Below, piece by piece: positions 45,006 through 57,582 of a DNA stretch of 64,000 nucleotides. The translations under genes were made by a program, and so were the position numbers. Where the stretch lies: the NCBI RefSeq assembly GCF_055900595.2, contig NZ_CM148325.1. One strand, written 5' to 3'. Numbering within the stretch: position 1 is the first letter of the stretch; the number at the start of each line of letters is the position of its first letter. Under the pieces are notes generated by a model. The model made no database searches. It worked only from the letters and a program-made list of their open reading frames with translations, and was not told where the DNA came from.

Positions 45006-46328
45006 TTACAACGATTGATGTCGCGTCTCATGGGTCAGCAGCAGGGCGATTAAGGTCAAGCCAGCCATCGCCGCCAGATATAACCCCACCGCACCTAACC
45101 CGTAGTTAGTCTGCAACCAGGCTGCGATATATGGTGCAACGGAAGCCCCGAGAATCGACGCTACGTTGTAAGAGAACGATGCTCCGGTGTAACGCACTTC
45201 TGTCGGGAACAGCTCTGGTAACAGCGCGCCCATCGGCCCGAAGGTCAGTCCCATCAGACTTAACCCCAGCAGCAGGAAGGCAAAAACCAGAATCGGGTTG
45301 CCAGAACCGAGCAGCGGGTTAAAGGCGAACAGCGCGAACAGGATGATCAGCGTGGTGATGATTACCATGCTTTTACGGCGACCAAAGGCATCAGCCAGTA
45401 ATCCGGCGACTGGCACCATCACGCCAAAACCAATCACTGCCATCATCAGCATCCACAATACTTCGTTACGCGGCAGGCCAAGCCCAACTGGCGCGGCGGC
45501 GGTACTAAAGGTCATTGAGTAGACCGTCATGATGTAAAACAGCGTATAGGTTGCCAGCATAATGAACGTACCCAGTACGGTTACGCGAACATGTTTGGTC
45601 AGCAGCGTACCCAGCGGGATCTTCACCTGTTTTTTCGCTTTAGCGACTTTCTCAAACACCGGTGACTCATGCAGCGACACGCGAACATACAGGCCGATAA
45701 TGACCAGCACCGCCGAGAAGATAAACGGCACCCGCCAGCCCCAGCTCATAAACTGCTCGTCGGTCAGTAGCCAGGAAAGCAGTAAGAAAGTGCCGTTGGC
45801 AAAGAAGAAGCCAATCGGTGCGCCCAGTTGCGGGAAGGAGCCATACAGTGCACGTTTGCGCGGTGGTGCGTTCTCGGTTGCCAGCAGCGCCGCTCCGCCC
45901 CATTCGCCGCCTAAGCCCAGACCCTGACCAAATCGAGCCAGTGCCAGCAGCAGCGGGGCGAAAATACCAATCGTGGCGTAACCTGGCAGCAGACCAATCA
46001 CCACGGTCGAAATCCCCATCGTTAGCAACGAGGCGACCAGCGTCGCTTTACGCCCAACGCGATCGCCAAAATGACCAAAGACGGCAGAGCCAATAGGGCG
46101 CGCGACGAAGGCGATGGCGAAGGTGGCAAGCGACTGTAGCGTTGCTGCCGTAGGATCGCCCTGCGGGAAGAAGATATGCGGAAACACAATAACGGCCGCA
46201 GTGGCGTAAATATAAAAGTCGAAGAACTCAATGGCCGTGCCAATGAGAGAGGCGACAAGGACTTTATTACGCGAGTTGATCGGCGTGTATTCTTGCTCGT
46301 GGTCGAGTGTTGTGGCTGTTGCTTGCAT
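45006..46328 (-). CDS. yhjE: MFS transporter (metabolite:H+ symporter family)
   Basis: 440-aa polytopic ORF recognised as YhjE. Confidence 0.88.
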   Translation of the reverse strand: MQATATTLDHEQEYTPINSRNKVLVASLIGTAIEFFDFYIYATAAVIVFPHIFFPQGDPTAATLQSLATFAIAFVARPIGSAVFGHFGDRVGRKATLVASLLTMGISTVVIGLLPGYATIGIFAPLLLALARFGQGLGLGGEWGGAALLATENAPPRKRALYGSFPQLGAPIGFFFANGTFLLLSWLLTDEQFMSWGWRVPFIFSAVLVIIGLYVRVSLHESPVFEKVAKAKKQVKIPLGTLLTKHVRVTVLGTFIMLATYTLFYIMTVYSMTFSTAAAPVGLGLPRNEVLWMLMMAVIGFGVMVPVAGLLADAFGRRKSMVIITTLIILFALFAFNPLLGSGNPILVFAFLLLGLSLMGLTFGPMGALLPELFPTEVRYTGASFSYNVASILGASVAPYIAAWLQTNYGLGAVGLYLAAMAGLTLIALLLTHETRHQSL

Positions 46329-46638
46329 AATCTTTTCTTATTTTTTGGCTAACGAATAGCCATATTACGCACAGCAAAAGTGATATTTCAATGTGTAACA
46401 AATCGCGGAGTTGGTCGAAAATCAGCCAAAAAGGGAATAATGTTTAAGCTGGTGATTTTTCTTCTATGAAATGCTTCACATAATTTCATAAATGGTGGAT
46501 AAAACTGGTTTTAGGTTAAATAAAAGTTACCAACTGGATTTATATGCTGGAGTAATGAGTTGGAATGAAATTGTTTGCTCCTAAGAGATGACAGAAAAGG
46601 CTCTGGGGAAGAGTTTAAGTGGTTATGTGCGCATGATA

Positions 46639-46730
46639 GCCGGATGCGATGCTGGCGCATTTTATCCGGCCTACGGGGAGCCAGGCCGAATAAATTCGTA
46701 GGCCGGATAAGGCGTTACGCTGCATCCGGC
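46639..46730. repeat. REP/BIME element between yhjE and yhjD
   Basis: GCCGGATGCGATGCTGGCGCATTTTATCCGGCCTAC and GTAGGCCGGATAAGGCGTTACGCTGCATCCGGC. Confidence 0.8.
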
Positions 46731-46735
46731 ATATT

Positions 46736-47749
46736 TTAAGACTGCGTTTTCCCCGGCATTCTCGGGTCGTCTTTGTATTCGGCGGTGGCAATCCACGCCG
46801 CGCAAAACAGCGTCAGACGAGCGAAGAAGTAGAAAAACGCCATCAGTCCCAGCACGGAGCCAAATGCTGCGCCAGACGGAGATTTCATCAGCGATGGCAG
46901 TGTGTAGGTCATCACGATTTTAATCACTTCAAAACCTATAGCAGCAAGAAATGTTCCGCGAATTAGCGCTTTTTTGCGCGGACGGTGGCGCGGCAATCGC
47001 CAAAAGATCCAGAAGAAAAGCAGATAGTTGGCGAAGATGGAAATCGCAAGACCAATCAACCGCCACGTTGGTTTCAGCCACTCAATGCTGTTCAGGTGCA
47101 GGGCGCTAATAATCATTTGCTGCGCCGAACCGGCAACCGAGGTGATCGAAAGCGTCACAATGAGCGCAATCAACAAACCTATCAGCGAAATAAAATCACG
47201 CAGATATTTAACCCAAAATTTTTCCTGATCCTGTGGCGAACGTTCCCAGACATCGCGCGATTGAGCGCGAATCGCTTCACGCAGGTTACCCATCCAGTTG
47301 ATGCCGGAATAAAGCGCCACCGCCAGGCCGACAAGCCCTACCGTCGTACGCTGTTGAACGGCGGTATTGATGGTGTTTTTCAATGTAGCTGCCAGCGTCG
47401 GATCGCTAATATTTTGCAGAATTTTGTCGAAGATATCCTGCAGCAGCATCGGATGGGAGGCCAGAACGAAACCAGCGGCGGCAAACGACACCATCAAAAT
47501 CGGAATCATCGACAAAAATGAGAAATAGGTGATAGCCGCACCAAACTGATTCCCCAGCCGATCGTTAAAGCGTTCAGTCGCGCGAATCAGGTGCGCAATA
47601 ATCGGTTGGCGTTGGACTTTTTCGGCAGTAGTGGTGACGGTTTCCAGCGCCTGGCTAACTTTGCCGCCTTTCTCGCTATTATCCAGCGGTTTAATCGGCT
47701 CGAGCTCCAGATCCTGGGTGGGACGTTTAATCTCGTTTTCCTGCGTCAT
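46736..47749 (-). CDS. yhjD: inner membrane protein (YihY/virulence-factor BrkB family)
   Basis: 337-aa polytopic ORF recognised as YhjD. Confidence 0.85.
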   Translation of the reverse strand: MTQENEIKRPTQDLELEPIKPLDNSEKGGKVSQALETVTTTAEKVQRQPIIAHLIRATERFNDRLGNQFGAAITYFSFLSMIPILMVSFAAAGFVLASHPMLLQDIFDKILQNISDPTLAATLKNTINTAVQQRTTVGLVGLAVALYSGINWMGNLREAIRAQSRDVWERSPQDQEKFWVKYLRDFISLIGLLIALIVTLSITSVAGSAQQMIISALHLNSIEWLKPTWRLIGLAISIFANYLLFFWIFWRLPRHRPRKKALIRGTFLAAIGFEVIKIVMTYTLPSLMKSPSGAAFGSVLGLMAFFYFFARLTLFCAAWIATAEYKDDPRMPGKTQS

Positions 47750-47797
47750 CCGCTCTTTTATCCTTCTGTCTTGATCATTCTTAAAAAGTATAGTCGG

Positions 47798-48697
47798 TCA
47801 GTCCAGGTACTCTTTCATTACGCCAGCCAGCCACTGCATAAACAGGTTTACACGCCGGGAAAGCTCCCGACGCTGCGGATAAACCAGCGAAAGGGAGAGC
47901 GGCTCGGCACGGTAGCCAGGTAATACTTCAATAAGCCGCCCGGCACGCAGGGCTTCGCGCACGGCAATGCGCGGGATCTGAATAATCCCCAGACCGGCAA
48001 GACCGGCGGCGAGATAGTTTTCGCTACTGTTTACCGTCAACATGCCGCCAGACTTAAACCACTGGACACCATTAACGCTGGCAACCTCAAAACCTAACGG
48101 ATGTACACCCAGGTGCGGTGTGTAACGCACTATTGCGTGTGAAGTCAGATCATCGGGGCTTTGCGGATAACCAAAGCGCGTCAGATAGTGCGGACTGGCA
48201 CAGTTGACCATGGTCAGTTTGCCGAGGGGACAGGCGATAACACCATCTTCCGATAACGCGCCAGTGCGTATCACGCAATCAAAACCATCATGAAGAATAT
48301 CTACCGGACGGTCATGGCTACTCAGTTCCAGCTCAATTCCCGGATGCTGATAGAGAAATTCCGACAGGCGCGGCAGTAACAGGCTTTTCGCGATTCCTGG
48401 TGGGATGTCGATGCGTAATTTACCGCTGATACTGGTGGCATCCTGTTGAAACAGACCGTCCAGTTCGTTGAGATTACTCAACACATCTTTTGCCCGTTGA
48501 TAATAGGTCATGCCTTCTGGCGTGAGTTTGACCCGTCGCGTGGTGCGCTGGAGAAGCTGGGTGCCAAGTTGATGTTCCAGTGCCTGTATCTGGCGCGAAA
48601 CACTTCCCTTTGGCAAAGCAAAGAAATCCGCCGCGCGGGAAAAACTTTCCAGCTCCGCGACTTTGATGAACAACTGCATTGCGTGAATTTTATCCAT
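47798..48697 (-). CDS. yhjC: LysR-family transcriptional regulator
   Basis: 299-aa ORF; N-terminal HTH (…FSRAADFFALPKGSVSRQIQALE…) typical of LTTRs. Confidence 0.85.
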   Translation of the reverse strand: MDKIHAMQLFIKVAELESFSRAADFFALPKGSVSRQIQALEHQLGTQLLQRTTRRVKLTPEGMTYYQRAKDVLSNLNELDGLFQQDATSISGKLRIDIPPGIAKSLLLPRLSEFLYQHPGIELELSSHDRPVDILHDGFDCVIRTGALSEDGVIACPLGKLTMVNCASPHYLTRFGYPQSPDDLTSHAIVRYTPHLGVHPLGFEVASVNGVQWFKSGGMLTVNSSENYLAAGLAGLGIIQIPRIAVREALRAGRLIEVLPGYRAEPLSLSLVYPQRRELSRRVNLFMQWLAGVMKEYLD

Positions 48698-49215
48698 TTC
48701 TTTGACCGATTGTTGTTCACAGCGAAACAGTAACGCGAATATCGCATTGTTTATTGTTTTTCTAACATCTAATGCCGGGTTTCACAATGTTGTCATGACG
48801 AATGTGGCGATTTCTCAGCAGGAAAAGGGGAGAATAGCTTTATGAGAACGGTGAATCCCCTTAAACAGAGTGTATTTTTCAGCGATTCCCTTTAAAGTGA
48901 ACAGAGGACGTGTTGGCTATTTGTGCTTATTTTTGTCTCATTGCCGTTTGTTATTTTTGTTTGTAGTCGCGGAATTTCATTTTTAATTGCATGCGTACTA
49001 GCCATCAATATAAGGAAATCCTCAAAATTGTTTTAAATAATGCCCTCGACATGTAATTTCAGGCGTTTAGCTGTAACTATTTATATCGGTAACTATTTTC
49101 TACGCGTCATCTCTGTAGAATGGCCACCGCCAAATGGCGAATTCTTATTTTTTCTCGCGGGTAATACCCTTCCACTACTTAAGTCTTTTTAACGTATTCA
49201 GGTGGAGATTCAGTT

Positions 49216-49818
49216 ATGCAAATAGTCATGTTTGACAGGCAGTCAATATTTATTCATGGAATGAAAATCAGTTTACAGCAACGTATTCCAGGAGTGAGTA
49301 TTCAGGGGGCCAGTCAGGCAGACGAGTTATGGCAAAAGCTGGAAAGTTACCCTGAAGCCTTAGTGATGCTCGATGGCGATCAGGATGGTGAGTTTTGCTA
49401 CTGGTTGCTGCAAAAAACCGTGGTGCAATTTCCTGAGGTTAAGGTGTTAATTACGGCGACGGATTGCAATAAACGGTGGTTACAGGAAGTTATCCATTTT
49501 AATGTGCTGGCCATTGTGCCTCGTGATTCAACCGTCGAGACATTTGCGTTGGCGGTAAATAGTGCGGCGATGGGGATGATGTTTCTGCCGGGAGACTGGC
49601 GAACGACGCCGGAAAAGGACATTAAAGATCTCAAATCGTTAAGCGCCCGCCAGCGGGAGATTTTAACCATGTTAGCGGCGGGCGAATCAAATAAAGAGAT
49701 CGGCAGGGCGCTAAATATCAGTACCGGAACGGTAAAAGCGCATCTGGAATCACTGTATCGCCGTCTGGAAGTGAAAAATCGCACCCAGGCGGCAATGATG
49801 TTAAATATCTCCTCCTGA
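49216..49818 (+). CDS. yhjB: LuxR/FixJ-family response-regulator-like protein
   Basis: 200-aa ORF; C-terminal LuxR HTH (LSARQREILTMLAAGESNKEIGRALNISTGTVKAHL). Confidence 0.85.
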   Translation: MQIVMFDRQSIFIHGMKISLQQRIPGVSIQGASQADELWQKLESYPEALVMLDGDQDGEFCYWLLQKTVVQFPEVKVLITATDCNKRWLQEVIHFNVLAIVPRDSTVETFALAVNSAAMGMMFLPGDWRTTPEKDIKDLKSLSARQREILTMLAAGESNKEIGRALNISTGTVKAHLESLYRRLEVKNRTQAAMMLNISS

Positions 49819-49868
49819 AGAGGATAATTTTACAGCCAGCAGGAAGTTAGCGGCTGGCTGTAAAAATA

Positions 49869-51548
<1,680 letters not shown>

Positions 51549-51791
51549 TTATCGGGCTTTTCTTTAAGGGTAGTCATTCGCTCCGCCTGGTGGGCGACAA
51601 AGCGTGCGGTGGATCACGTTTATTAACTTGTCAAAAAATATAACGCACTAATATCAATAGAATTTATAAAAATACGGATTCCGTGTTGTTTTTCATTTTC
51701 AGAACATTCAATCCTGCTCTCGCCGCAATCATGATATGCCATTCCTGCTCTGTATAATAGGCACAGACTATCTTATTGATAGTTTATATTC

Positions 51792-51805
51792 ATGTAATTG
51801 ATTGA
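51792..51805 (+). promoter_or_regulatory. FNR-type box upstream of ccp/yhjA
   Basis: TTGAT-TCCT-ATCAA, an exact match to the TTGAT-N4-ATCAA consensus, about 120 bp upstream of the ccp start. Confidence 0.65.
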
Positions 51806-51922
51806 TTCCTATCAAAAAGCGTATTTCCCTGTTTTTTATGATGGCTTTGTCTCGCAGAGACGTTTGCAGCATTCTGGAAAATTTTCTGGGTCACAATAAC
51901 TCACCACCGTGAGGGAAGAATA

Positions 51923-53320
51923 ATGAAAATGGTCTCACGTATTACCGCGATCGGCCTGGCTGGCGTCGCGATTTGCTATTTAGGGTTATCTGGTTATGTG
52001 TGGTACCACGATAATAAACGCAGTAAACAGGCCGATGTTCAGGCATCTGCTGTCAGTGAAAATAATCAGGTTTTAGGTTTTCTTCGCGAAAAAGGATGCG
52101 ACTATTGTCATACGCCTTCGGCAGAATTACCCGCCTATTATTATATTCCTGGCGCGAAACAGTTGATGGATTACGACATTAAGCTTGGATATAAATCTTT
52201 TAACCTCGAGGCCGTGCGTGCGGCTCTGTTGGCAGATAAACCCGTTTCGCAAAGCGATCTGAATAAGATTGAATGGGTGATGCAGTATGAAACTATGCCA
52301 CCAACGCGTTATACCGCGCTACACTGGGCGGGTAAGGTGAGTGATGAAGAGCGGGCGGAAATACTTGCCTGGATTGCAAAACAGCGCGCGGAATATTACG
52401 CCAGTAATGATACTGCTCCGGAGCATCGCAATGAACCGGTGCAGCCTATTCCGCAAAAACTACCTACCGATGCGCAAAAAGTGGCGTTGGGTTTTGCGCT
52501 GTATCATGATCCCCGTTTATCGGCTGATAGCACCATTTCATGTGCACATTGCCATGCGTTAAATGCGGGTGGCGTTGATGGTAGAAAAACGTCGATTGGT
52601 GTTGGTGGTGCCGTTGGGCCGATTAACGCACCAACGGTCTTTAACTCAGTATTTAACGTTGAGCAGTTCTGGGATGGTCGTGCGGCAACATTGCAGGATC
52701 AGGCGGGTGGACCGCCGTTGAACCCGATTGAAATGGCGTCGAAATCCTGGGACGAAATTATTGCTAAGCTGGAAAAAGATCCGCAGCTTAAAGCGCAGTT
52801 CCTCGAAGTCTATCCGCAAGGTTTCAGTGGCGAAAATATTACTGATGCTATTGCTGAATTTGAGAAAACATTAATTACGCCGGATTCCCCATTTGATAAA
52901 TGGTTGCGTGGAGATGAGAATGCGCTGACGGTGCAACAGAAAAAAGGCTATCAATTATTTAAAGATAATAAATGTGCAACTTGTCATGGTGGTATTATTC
53001 TCGGCGGACGTTCTTTCGAGCCGTTGGGGCTGAAAAAAGACTTTAACTTTGGTGAAATTACGGCGGCGGATATTGGTCGTATGAATGTTACTAAAGAAGA
53101 GCGTGATAAATTGCGTCAGAAAGTACCCGGTTTACGTAACGTTGCTTTAACGGCACCGTACTTCCATCGCGGTGACGTGCCGACGCTGGACGGGGCGGTA
53201 AAACTGATGCTGCGCTATCAGGTAGGCAAAGAGCTGCCGCAGGAGGATGTGGATGATATCGTAGCTTTCCTGCACAGTCTGAACGGGGTATATACGCCGT
53301 ATATGCAGGATAAACAATAA
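51923..53320 (+). CDS. ccp: cytochrome c peroxidase (di-/tri-haem)
   Basis: 465-aa ORF with several CxxCH haem motifs (CDYCH, CAHCH, CATCH); recognised as YhjA/Ccp. Confidence 0.9.
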   Translation: MKMVSRITAIGLAGVAICYLGLSGYVWYHDNKRSKQADVQASAVSENNQVLGFLREKGCDYCHTPSAELPAYYYIPGAKQLMDYDIKLGYKSFNLEAVRAALLADKPVSQSDLNKIEWVMQYETMPPTRYTALHWAGKVSDEERAEILAWIAKQRAEYYASNDTAPEHRNEPVQPIPQKLPTDAQKVALGFALYHDPRLSADSTISCAHCHALNAGGVDGRKTSIGVGGAVGPINAPTVFNSVFNVEQFWDGRAATLQDQAGGPPLNPIEMASKSWDEIIAKLEKDPQLKAQFLEVYPQGFSGENITDAIAEFEKTLITPDSPFDKWLRGDENALTVQQKKGYQLFKDNKCATCHGGIILGGRSFEPLGLKKDFNFGEITAADIGRMNVTKEERDKLRQKVPGLRNVALTAPYFHRGDVPTLDGAVKLMLRYQVGKELPQEDVDDIVAFLHSLNGVYTPYMQDKQ

Positions 53321-53330
53321 TTAATTTGAT

Positions 53331-53361
53331 CGCCCAAACAGGAATGTTTGGGCGATTTTTA
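53331..53361 (+). terminator. intrinsic terminator after ccp
   Basis: CGCCCAAACA GGAA TGTTTGGGCG hairpin followed by ATTTTTATT. Confidence 0.7.
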
Positions 53362-53431
53362 TTACGACAATAAAGTCTGTTTTTAATATTATCATGTTAA
53401 ATGTTTATATTATAAAAAGTCGTTTTTCTGC

Positions 53432-53451
53432 TTAGGATTTTGTTATTTAAA
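53432..53451 (+). promoter_or_regulatory. GAD box (GadX/GadW site) in the gadA promoter
   Basis: TTAGGATTTTGTTATTTAAA, the 20-bp gad box as I recall it, about 80 bp upstream of the gadA ATG. Confidence 0.75.
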
Positions 53452-53530
53452 TTAAGCCTGTAATGCCTTGCTTCCATTGCGGATAAATCCTACTTTTTTA
53501 TTGCCTTCAAATAAATTTAAGGAGTTCGAA

Positions 53531-54931
53531 ATGGACCAGAAGCTGTTAACGGATTTCCGCTCAGAACTACTCGATTCACGTTTTGGCGCAAAGGCCATTT
53601 CTACTATCGCGGAGTCAAAACGATTTCCGCTGCACGAAATGCGTGATGATGTCGCATTCCAGATTATCAATGATGAATTATATCTTGATGGCAACGCTCG
53701 TCAGAACCTGGCCACTTTCTGCCAGACCTGGGACGACGAAAACGTCCATAAATTGATGGATTTGTCGATCAACAAAAACTGGATCGACAAAGAAGAATAT
53801 CCGCAATCTGCAGCTATCGACCTGCGTTGCGTAAACATGGTTGCTGACCTGTGGCATGCGCCTGCGCCAAAAAACGGTCAGGCCGTTGGCACCAACACCA
53901 TTGGCTCTTCCGAGGCCTGTATGCTCGGCGGGATGGCGATGAAATGGCGTTGGCGCAAGCGTATGGAAGCCGCAGGCAAGCCAACGGATAAACCTAATCT
54001 GGTGTGCGGCCCGGTACAAATCTGCTGGCATAAATTCGCCCGTTACTGGGATGTGGAGCTGCGTGAAATCCCTATGCGCCCCGGTCAGTTGTTTATGGAT
54101 CCGAAACGCATGATTGAAGCCTGCGACGAAAACACCATCGGCGTGGTGCCGACTTTCGGCGTGACCTACACCGGTAACTATGAATTCCCGCAACCGCTGC
54201 ATGATGCACTGGATAAATTCCAGGCCGACACCGGTATCGACATCGACATGCACATCGACGCCGCCAGCGGTGGCTTCCTGGCACCGTTCGTTGCCCCGGA
54301 TATCGTCTGGGACTTCCGCCTGCCACGTGTGAAATCGATCAGTGCTTCAGGCCACAAATTCGGTCTGGCTCCGCTGGGCTGCGGCTGGGTTATCTGGCGT
54401 GACGAAGAAGCGCTGCCGCAGGAACTGGTATTCAACGTTGACTACCTCGGTGGTCAGATTGGCACTTTCGCCATCAACTTCTCCCGTCCGGCGGGCCAGG
54501 TAATTGCACAGTACTACGAGTTCTTGCGCCTCGGTCGTGAAGGCTATACCAAAGTACAGAACGCTTCCTACCAGGTAGCTGCCTATCTGGCAGATGAAAT
54601 CGCCAAACTGGGGCCGTATGAGTTCATCTGTACGGGTCGCCCGGACGAAGGCATCCCGGCGGTTTGCTTCAAACTGAAAGATGGTGAAGATCCGGGATAC
54701 ACCCTGTATGACCTCTCTGAACGTCTGCGTCTGCGCGGCTGGCAGGTTCCGGCTTTCACTCTCGGCGGTGAAGCCACCGACATCGTGGTGATGCGCATTA
54801 TGTGCCGTCGTGGCTTCGAAATGGACTTTGCTGAACTGTTACTGGAAGACTACAAAGCCTCCCTGAAATACCTCAGCGATCACCCGAAACTGCAGGGTAT
54901 AGCCCAGCAGAACAGCTTTAAACACACCTGA
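53531..54931 (+). CDS. gadA: glutamate decarboxylase A (PLP-dependent)
   Basis: ORF-track 53468..54931 trimmed to ATG 53531 ([23 protein letters not shown]...), 466 aa. Confidence 0.93.
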   Translation: MDQKLLTDFRSELLDSRFGAKAISTIAESKRFPLHEMRDDVAFQIINDELYLDGNARQNLATFCQTWDDENVHKLMDLSINKNWIDKEEYPQSAAIDLRCVNMVADLWHAPAPKNGQAVGTNTIGSSEACMLGGMAMKWRWRKRMEAAGKPTDKPNLVCGPVQICWHKFARYWDVELREIPMRPGQLFMDPKRMIEACDENTIGVVPTFGVTYTGNYEFPQPLHDALDKFQADTGIDIDMHIDAASGGFLAPFVAPDIVWDFRLPRVKSISASGHKFGLAPLGCGWVIWRDEEALPQELVFNVDYLGGQIGTFAINFSRPAGQVIAQYYEFLRLGREGYTKVQNASYQVAAYLADEIAKLGPYEFICTGRPDEGIPAVCFKLKDGEDPGYTLYDLSERLRLRGWQVPAFTLGGEATDIVVMRIMCRRGFEMDFAELLLEDYKASLKYLSDHPKLQGIAQQNSFKHT

Positions 54932-54950
54932 TAACATAATTTTGTAAAAA

Positions 54951-54995
54951 CCGAATGCCCCGACCTTAAAAAACAGGTGGGGCATTCGGTTACTT
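54951..54995 (+). terminator. candidate terminator after gadA
   Basis: CCGAATGCCCC...GGGGCATTCGG hairpin followed by TTACTTATT. Confidence 0.5.
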
Positions 54996-55299
54996 ATTAA
55001 TGCAATAATATATTGGCTGTTTATTCATCGTGTTGATAAGATATATGTTATATGAATGTTATTAAGGGTGGCGAGACCGTTTAATATCACAATAAGGGAT
55101 TATTTGCTTACTAATAATTTCCCTGCGTTTTTAACGCCTTTTTTTGTATTATAAATCCAGTTATCCAGCCCGACTATCATCACACATCATCATCCTGTTT
55201 TCCCGCTTCGTTTAAATTTATTTATCAATCAATTTGACTTAAGAGGGCGGCGTGCTACATTAATAAACAGTAATATGTTTATGTAATATTAAGCCGACT

Positions 55300-56124
55300 A
55301 TGCAATCACTACATGGTAATTGTCTAATTGCGTACGCAAGACATAAATATATTCTCACCATGGTTAATGGTGAATATCGCTATTTTAATGGCGGTGAACT
55401 GGTTTTTGCGGATGCAAGTCAAATTCAAGTGGATAAGTGTGTCGAGAATTTTGTATTAGTTTCAAGGGACACGCTTTCATTATTTCTCCCGATGCTCAAG
55501 GAGGAGGCATTAAATCTTCATGCACATAAAAAAGTTCCTTCGTTACTCGTTCATCACTGTACCAGAGATATTCCTGTTTTTCAGGAGGTTGCGCAACTAT
55601 CGCAGAATAAGAATCTGCGCTATGCAGAAATGCTCCGTAAAAGAGCATTAATCTTTGCGTTGTTATCTGTTTTCCTGGAGGACGAGCAGTTTATACCGCT
55701 GCTTCTGAACGTTTTGCAACCGAACATGCGAACACGAGTTTGTACGGTCATCAATAATAATATCGCCCATGAGTGGACATTAGCCCAAATCGCCAGCGAG
55801 CTGTTGATGAGTTCAAGCCTGTTAAAGAAAAAATTGCGCGAAGAAGGTACGTCATATTCACAGTTGCTTACTGAGTGTAGAATGCAACGTGCTTTGCAAC
55901 TTATTGTTATACATGGTTTTTCAATTAAGCGAGTTGCAGTGTCCTGTGGTTATCACAGCGTGTCGTATTTCATTTACGTTTTTCGAAATTATTATGGGAT
56001 GACGCCCACAGAGTATCAGGAGCGATCGGCACAAGGATTGCCGAACCGTGACTCGGCGGCAAGTATTGTTGCGCAAGGGAATTTTTACGGTACTAACTAT
56101 TCTGCGGAAGAAATAAGATTATAG
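55300..56124 (+). CDS. gadX: AraC-family acid-resistance regulator
   Basis: 274-aa ORF recognised as GadX. Confidence 0.9.
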   Translation: MQSLHGNCLIAYARHKYILTMVNGEYRYFNGGELVFADASQIQVDKCVENFVLVSRDTLSLFLPMLKEEALNLHAHKKVPSLLVHHCTRDIPVFQEVAQLSQNKNLRYAEMLRKRALIFALLSVFLEDEQFIPLLLNVLQPNMRTRVCTVINNNIAHEWTLAQIASELLMSSSLLKKKLREEGTSYSQLLTECRMQRALQLIVIHGFSIKRVAVSCGYHSVSYFIYVFRNYYGMTPTEYQERSAQGLPNRDSAASIVAQGNFYGTNYSAEEIRL

Positions 56125-56140
56125 TTTTTACCCAGACATA

Positions 56141-56245
56141 AAAAAAACCCGGCATAGGGGACCGGGAAGAGGATAGTCTGCCGTCTCCAGACTAATAAAC
56201 CGTTATAACACTCCCTGTTGGCACGGGAAACTTTGTGCTCTCAGT
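56141..56245 (-). ncRNA. gadY: GadY small RNA (approximate ends)
   Basis: minus-strand hairpin CCCGGTCCCCTATGCCGGG followed by an 8-T run lies about 20 nt beyond the gadX stop, matching the known GadY 3' end; the 5' end is estimated from the roughly 105-nt size I recall. Confidence 0.5.
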
Positions 56246-56491
56246 AAGTTAAATATAACTTTTACTGGAGATAAGATCAGCCATTTTTTTATAAACATAA
56301 GCTATGCGCTGTGTGAAAATATATTCTTCTTGCATTTTCTTATTATCAATTAACTGTTATGTCAAACTACTTTTTGGATAACTTTTGGTCCTACCAAATA
56401 TGGCAGTTTATGCACGAAGAAGCGGTCTGGCATCATTTCATTAGTATACTGAAATTGAAATAATCGCAGTAATGAAATATAAGGGATAGTC

Positions 56492-57220
56492 ATGACTCAT
56501 GTCTGCTCGGTGATCCTCGTTCGTCGTTCATTGGATATTCATCATGAACAGCAAAAAATATCGTTGCACAACGAAAGTATTCTACTGCTGGATAAAAATT
56601 TGGCAGACGATTTTGCGTTTTGTTCACCGGATACACGACGACTGGATATCGATGAGCTGACAGTTTGCCATTACTTACAAAATATTCGTCAGTTACCGCG
56701 CAATTTAGGGTTACATAGCAAAGACCGTTTGTTAATTAACCAGTCCCCCCCCATGCCTCTGGTGACGGCGATTTTTGATAGTTTCAATGAATCCGGGGTA
56801 AATTCGCCGATAATGAGCAAGATGCTTTACCTTTCCTGTTTATCAATGTTTTCTCATAAGAAAGAACTTATCCCCTTACTTTTCAATAGTATCAGTACTG
56901 TTTCAGGAAAAGTTGAACGCCTTATTAGCTTTGATATCGCTAAACGTTGGTATCTACGCGATATCGCGGAAAGAATGTATACCAGCGAGAGTCTCATCAA
57001 AAAAAAGTTGCAGGATGAAAATACCTGTTTCAGTAAAATATTACTCGCCTCCAGGATGTCGATGGCCAGACGATTACTCGAGTTACGTCAAATTCCTCTA
57101 CATACTATTGCAGAAAAATGTGGGTATAGCAGTACGTCGTACTTTATAAACACATTTCGACAATATTATGGTGTAACGCCACATCAGTTTGCGCAACATT
57201 CGCCAGGTACCTTTTCCTGA
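56492..57220 (+). CDS. gadW: AraC-family acid-resistance regulator
   Basis: 242-aa ORF recognised as GadW. Confidence 0.9.
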   Translation: MTHVCSVILVRRSLDIHHEQQKISLHNESILLLDKNLADDFAFCSPDTRRLDIDELTVCHYLQNIRQLPRNLGLHSKDRLLINQSPPMPLVTAIFDSFNESGVNSPIMSKMLYLSCLSMFSHKKELIPLLFNSISTVSGKVERLISFDIAKRWYLRDIAERMYTSESLIKKKLQDENTCFSKILLASRMSMARRLLELRQIPLHTIAEKCGYSSTSYFINTFRQYYGVTPHQFAQHSPGTFS

Positions 57221-57582
57221 CATATTTCGCATTTGAATATTGGTCAGGATCTCACACGTGCTTCATGTGAAACTCTTCCCTGATGATTTCTGCCGGGCTA
57301 CCGGCTAGTTCTCTTTCGCAGTATGCCATGCGGTATAGGTATTTTCAGGAGGAAAAGACTCGGCATGTTTGGGATTATTAAGCTGACAATTCATACGATT
57401 ACGGGAATGTGGGTCAGTATTGTGCTGTTCAAATTGATGACGAATGGCTGGAGTGGTTTTTACTTTCAGTGCTGTGTACTAAGCCTGGTATTCCTGACGG
57501 TTAGCTGGTTGTTGAGTGGTGAATGGTTAGCAGGAAAGAGTAAGGCTGAACCCTCACGTTCAACCTTACTCTCATTTACACG

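Noticed and set aside
49832-49861. Palindrome ACAGCCAGC…GCTGGCTGT between convergent yhjB and treF as a bidirectional terminator
   Set aside because: The stem is flanked by T-run upstream and A-run downstream on the plus strand, so neither transcript would have a U-tract after the hairpin; it is just an extended inverted repeat, not a canonical intrinsic terminator.
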